A DNA stretch of 64,000 nucleotides, from NCBI GenBank assembly GCA_964627035.1, contig CAZVKN010000001.1, positions 131,707 through 195,706 on the forward strand, read 5' to 3'. The notes beneath the pieces were generated by a model. The model was not told the origin of the DNA. It did not search any database and was given only the letters and a program-made list of their open reading frames with translations. Position 1 is the stretch's first letter. Every line of letters begins with the position of its first letter. The position numbers and the translations under genes are program-made. Positions 60,332-64,000 of the stretch are shown piece by piece. This DNA comes from an uncultured bacterium (GTDB taxonomy: Bacteria; Electryoneota; AABM5-125-24; Hatepunaeales; Hatepunaeaceae).

Positions 60332-62683
60332 TTATTCACCTCCATCACTGTCGTGCAACGCCTTTAACACTTTTTCCGGCGTTATAGGTAGATTATCTAT
60401 CCGCACACCGATTGCATCAGATACCGCATTGGCAATCGCAGCAGCGGTCGGGATTAGCGGAGCTTCACCAACTCCCTTAGCGCCATACGGACCTTGTGGA
60501 TCTTCCGTTTCAATTGGATAGAAATGAATCTCGGGAATATCACAAGCAGTCGGTAATTTGTAGTCATGGAACGTCGGGTTCAGTATGTATCCGTCTTCAG
60601 CGATCAGTTCCTCAGTCAATGCATACCCCATTCCCATTACAACACCGCCTTCAATTTGTCCAGCCAGTCCCAACGAATTCAAGACCTTACCAACATCCTG
60701 AGCTACATGGATATCCAATACTCGGACGTTGCCGGTGAACGTGTCCACTTCGACCTCAATAGCCTGCGCAGCAAATGCATACGCACCGGATACATTACCT
60801 TTGAACTCTTTGTCCTGAAATTTACTGCTCGGCTCGTAGTAGTATGACACTGTACAAAGTTCATTAGGATCTTTGAAATGAAGTTGCCTGACAACTTTAT
60901 CAATCTTGAATGATTCGCCGGTTTTCATTGAACGAATCTCACTGCTGTCATATTCCAAATCATCAATATCACATTTCAACATCTGAGCAGCTTTTGGTGA
61001 TAGTTTGGTTTTCAATTCCTTGACTGCTCCAAGCAGCGAATTCCCCGCTACAAAGCTCGTACGTGAAGCGTGTACGCCTACGTCCCAGGGTTTGATGTCG
61101 GTATCTGTGTTAATGACCTTGATCTTGTCAATGTCAATTCCCAGCTCTTCCATCGCCATCATTGCAAGCACAGTCTCGGATCCTTGCCCGATTTCGCTCG
61201 ATCCGGTGATTATAGTCAGATAACCGTAACTGTCCATTTTCAAAATAGTACCGCAACCATCCGATGGATAGATTTTAGCTCCTCCACCGACATGCACCAT
61301 TGAAGCAAAGCCAATACCACGTTTGTAACGATCTGGATTCCCGCCTTCGCGGGAATGACGAGAGGAAGCAGTATCTGAATGACGAATAGAATCAACGCTG
61401 TCAACCCGCCGTGGTTGACAGTCCCTACTTTTATCAATGACCTTCTCCAGTGCATCCTTATGCCCACACGTCCCAAAAACCATTCCTTGTCCGGTAACTT
61501 CACCTTCAAAGTTAGCGTTCAATAGACGTATCTCAGCCTTATCCATGCCCAACTTTTCAGCTAACAGGTCAATGTTACTCTCAATTGCAAATGTCGCCTG
61601 AGGATTACCATAACCTCGGAATGATCCTGCATATACGTTGTTGGTATAAACCGCATCCGCATCAAACAGACAGGCAGGCAGCTGATACATTGATGAAAAT
61701 GTTTGCATCATCACAAACGGAGTGGTTGCACCCCACGATGTGTATGCACCGTTGTCCATCACTATCCTCGCTTCTCTGAAGGTGAACTTGCCGTTTTTAT
61801 CGGCACCGCTCGTCAGGTCAATATACATCTGTTGCCTTGTCGGTGATGCGAGAAACTCTTCTTTGCGGTCAAATGCAATCTGAACAGGCTGACCGCACTT
61901 CATTGATAGCAGAGCACAAATCGGCTCATAAGGATACATATCCAGTTTACTTCCGAATCCACCACCGATGACAGTCTGGATTATCCTGATATCGGACGGA
62001 TTCATTTTCAGTGCATGAGCCATATCCCGCTGATACAGGAAAGGAACCTGAGTCACGCTGTACAGAGTCAATCGTTTGTCAATCACTGAATAATCAGCGG
62101 TAATGGCGCATGTTGCCAGACATGCGTGAGTCATACGGGGCAAAGTATATCTCTGAGATACAATGTGAGCACTGTTGTCTTTTTGAGCTTGAAGATCACC
62201 GTGCTCGTAATGGAATGGGTGAGAGATGTTGTGGTGCTTCTCATTTGACGAGAATTCATTAATCTGTGGAGCGTCATCCTTGAGTGCTTCAAACGGATCG
62301 AAGATGCCTTGCTTGACTTTATACTTGACCTTGATCAGCTTCAATGCTTCTCGTGCAATCTGTGGCGATTCGGCTGCGACCGCTGCTATCTCATCCCGGA
62401 TGCAGTTCACTTTCCCTTTCTTGAGTGCAGGATGATCCCGTCGGTAGCTGATGTTATTGATATCAGCATCATCTGCAGTAATAACACAGTGTACCCCCGG
62501 TAACGCCCTTGCCCTGGATGTGTCAATCGAAACGATGTCAGCAACGGGGTATTCAGTGCGGAGAATCGCACCATACAGCATATTGGGCAGCACAACATCC
62601 TGACCGTAAACCGCTTTACCGGAGACTCTGATCCCTGCATCTAACTTTGGAGTCGGTGTGCCTATTACTTTTAGCTTTTGCAT
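60332..62683 (-). CDS. xanthine dehydrogenase family molybdopterin-binding large subunit
   Basis: 783 aa with an N-terminal a/b-hammerhead (GKAVYGQDVVLPNMLYGAILRT). It has GGGFGSK, SFRGYGNPQATFA and the C-terminal active-site Glu region YGAKGVGEAPLIPTAAAI. Confidence 0.92.
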   Translation of the reverse strand: MQKLKVIGTPTPKLDAGIRVSGKAVYGQDVVLPNMLYGAILRTEYPVADIVSIDTSRARALPGVHCVITADDADINNISYRRDHPALKKGKVNCIRDEIAAVAAESPQIAREALKLIKVKYKVKQGIFDPFEALKDDAPQINEFSSNEKHHNISHPFHYEHGDLQAQKDNSAHIVSQRYTLPRMTHACLATCAITADYSVIDKRLTLYSVTQVPFLYQRDMAHALKMNPSDIRIIQTVIGGGFGSKLDMYPYEPICALLSMKCGQPVQIAFDRKEEFLASPTRQQMYIDLTSGADKNGKFTFREARIVMDNGAYTSWGATTPFVMMQTFSSMYQLPACLFDADAVYTNNVYAGSFRGYGNPQATFAIESNIDLLAEKLGMDKAEIRLLNANFEGEVTGQGMVFGTCGHKDALEKVIDKSRDCQPRRVDSVDSIRHSDTASSRHSREGGNPDRYKRGIGFASMVHVGGGAKIYPSDGCGTILKMDSYGYLTIITGSSEIGQGSETVLAMMAMEELGIDIDKIKVINTDTDIKPWDVGVHASRTSFVAGNSLLGAVKELKTKLSPKAAQMLKCDIDDLEYDSSEIRSMKTGESFKIDKVVRQLHFKDPNELCTVSYYYEPSSKFQDKEFKGNVSGAYAFAAQAIEVEVDTFTGNVRVLDIHVAQDVGKVLNSLGLAGQIEGGVVMGMGYALTEELIAEDGYILNPTFHDYKLPTACDIPEIHFYPIETEDPQGPYGAKGVGEAPLIPTAAAIANAVSDAIGVRIDNLPITPEKVLKALHDSDGGE
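61333..61421. repeat. family D hairpin plus family C palindrome lying inside the Mo-subunit CDS
   Basis: ctggattcccgccttcgcgggaatgac (61333-61359) ... ctgtcaacccgccgtggttgacag (61398-61421). In the gene frame it is translated as RDCQPRRVDSVDSIRHSDTASSRHSREGGNPD. Confidence 0.8.
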
Positions 62684-62723
62684 TAATATTCCTTAATATT
62701 ATTCTCAATAGAAGAAGATTGAA

Positions 62724-62792
62724 CCACTAAGTCACCAAGTCACCAAGAAAACAAACAAAAACTCTTAACTTGGTGTCTTTGTGTCTTGGTGG
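62724..62792. repeat. phased octamer inverted arrays in the spacer between the 2Fe-2S and Mo subunit genes
   Basis: The plus strand reads ccactaag tcaccaag tcaccaag ... cttggtgt ctttgtgt cttggtgg. The two arms are mutually complementary in part. Confidence 0.7.
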
Positions 62793-62799
62793 TTAACTC

Positions 62800-63288
62800 T
62801 TAATCAACTGTGAATAACGATTCTACCGCATCAACGATCTTAGTATAACCTGTGCAGCGACACAGATTCCCTTCAATCGCCTTCTTAATCTGCTCTCTGT
62901 CGGGGACTACACTGTCAACTTCAGCTTCTTTCTGCAGCGATTTGATTGACATCACCATACCGGGTGTACAGAATCCGCACTGAACCGCACCGTGTTGGAT
63001 CATCGCTTCCTGCACCGGATCGAGCTTGCCGTTGATGTCGCTCGATATACCTTCAACGGTTATGACTTCTCTGCCGTCCACGTTCACTGCGAGATACAGG
63101 CACGAGTTGACCGCATACCCGTCAACGAGCACTGTGCATGCACCGCACTCCCCTTCAAGGCATCCGGGCTTCGTGCCCTTGAGCATTAGCTCATCACGGA
63201 CAAGGTCAATCAGCAGCATAGACGACGAAATTGTCCGCTCTGTCTCTCTGCCGTTTATGGTGAATTTAACATTAGTGTTTTGGGTCAT
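62800..63288 (-). CDS. xanthine dehydrogenase family (2Fe-2S)-binding small subunit
   Basis: 162 aa with GCLEGECGACTV, CLYLA, QCGFCTPGM and CRCTGY. Confidence 0.93.
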   Translation of the reverse strand: MTQNTNVKFTINGRETERTISSSMLLIDLVRDELMLKGTKPGCLEGECGACTVLVDGYAVNSCLYLAVNVDGREVITVEGISSDINGKLDPVQEAMIQHGAVQCGFCTPGMVMSIKSLQKEAEVDSVVPDREQIKKAIEGNLCRCTGYTKIVDAVESLFTVD

Positions 63289-63295
63289 TTTAATT

Positions 63296-63988
63296 TTATG
63301 TTATTGGCTCCATTTCCATAATAAATTCTGTGTCAGAAAGTTCCGCTTCATAAGTTGATATGTGGTTAAGATTATCAGAGTTCTTTATCTTTTTAATGAC
63401 ACGCTGTCTAATGAATCTATCAAATTCTACACCAAAATATACTGCTCTAATAAGCTCTGGTGGGACAGAAAAAAGCTTAATGTTGCCGGATAAAGTTCTA
63501 TTAGATTTATCCAAATCACTAATTACGCGGACTTCTTTTTCGTATGACCAAGATCGATCCTTATATAAGAAGAGATTTTCATCAAAAGAAATATTTCCCA
63601 TATTGATAGTATAGCGTTCTTTAACATACTTAACTTTTTTTGCCCTATTAAAAAAAGAATGATTCTCATCAAATCCTAAAACAAATCCTTTATGGTTATC
63701 AGTATAATGAGCCCACATCACACAGTTATTATTAAGCTTTGACAATGATAAAATGCCATAATGTTTATTCATTTCACCCATAAAGCTTCCATAAAATGTG
63801 TCGTAGGCTTGCTTTTGACTAAGACCTTTAAGCGGATCTCCTGCTTTTGTTCGAAAATAATTCAAAACATTACCTTTAAACACAGGAGCACATTCATAAG
63901 GATCATTCAAAGCTTCAGGTTGTGTGAACCGCAACATAAATGTATCAAAGAAATCGTATCTATCGGGCGGCATGTATTTGTAAATCAT
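63296..63988 (-). CDS. DUF2971-family protein
   Basis: 230 aa reading YKYMPPDRYDFF....LRFTQPEALNDPYEC...SLS.....MWAHY....GFVLGF, which fits the DUF2971 pattern as I remember it. Confidence 0.65.
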   Translation of the reverse strand: MIYKYMPPDRYDFFDTFMLRFTQPEALNDPYECAPVFKGNVLNYFRTKAGDPLKGLSQKQAYDTFYGSFMGEMNKHYGILSLSKLNNNCVMWAHYTDNHKGFVLGFDENHSFFNRAKKVKYVKERYTINMGNISFDENLFLYKDRSWSYEKEVRVISDLDKSNRTLSGNIKLFSVPPELIRAVYFGVEFDRFIRQRVIKKIKNSDNLNHISTYEAELSDTEFIMEMEPIT

Positions 63989-64000
63989 TTAGGTAATTAG

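Noticed and set aside
36729-61421. CRISPR array suspected from recurring GC-rich palindromes (gtcaacccgccgcggttgac and gtcaggtgcggcgacctgac).
   Set aside because: The copies are scattered at 36729, 49501, 49551, 50240, 50293 and 61398. They occur in both orientations without regular spacing or unique spacers of uniform length, and no cas genes are present. They are internal parts of MITE-like elements.

Overview
This 64-kb window looks like chromosomal DNA from an uncultured Gram-negative bacterium. It is probably a non-Bacteroidetes member of the FCB superphylum. That placement is an inference from six proteins ending in T9SS-type C-terminal sorting domains together with sigma70-type TTGACA-N17-TATAAT promoters.

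I support about 45 CDS and found no rRNA, tRNA or CRISPR array.

- **Housekeeping genes:** kdsB (truncated at the left edge), hisC, murA, recN and ribH, plus a CaCA antiporter, an MFS transporter and an aldehyde dehydrogenase.
- **PEP metabolism:** a divergent PEPCK-like gene sits directly upstream of ptsI.
- **Respiration:** an 11-gene nuo operon (nuoABCDHIJKLMN) has no nuoEFG. NuoI carries a Lys/Ala/Glu-rich tail and NuoL a His-rich insert.
- **Secreted proteins:** two tandem paralogues of about 1835 aa have a gingipain-like (peptidase C25) domain. A 1171-aa relative lacks the protease module, and three further T9SS cargo proteins are present.
- **Redox cluster:** a stand-alone dsrM/dsrK-like module is flanked by DsrC-family proteins whose redox cysteines are split between two proteins. 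A seven-cysteine HTH regulator and a hybrid receiver-histidine kinase lie upstream.
- **Molybdoenzyme operon:** a xanthine-dehydrogenase-family operon has a YtoQ-like gene embedded between subunits and an unknown 551-aa Rossmann protein at its end.
- **Non-coding DNA:** several MITE-like repeat families are present. They include one nested insertion with intact target-site duplications, an inverted MITE pair bracketing a small membrane-protein gene, and an apparently in-frame repeat insertion inside the molybdopterin subunit.
- **Other non-coding signals:** phased 8-nt TTG-type repeat arrays abut stop codons and a terminator, and two orphan promoter-plus-terminator units are candidate small RNAs.

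Everything here is by-eye motif reading. No searches or computations were run, and many ORF-track starts are TTG or GTG, so starts are uncertain.
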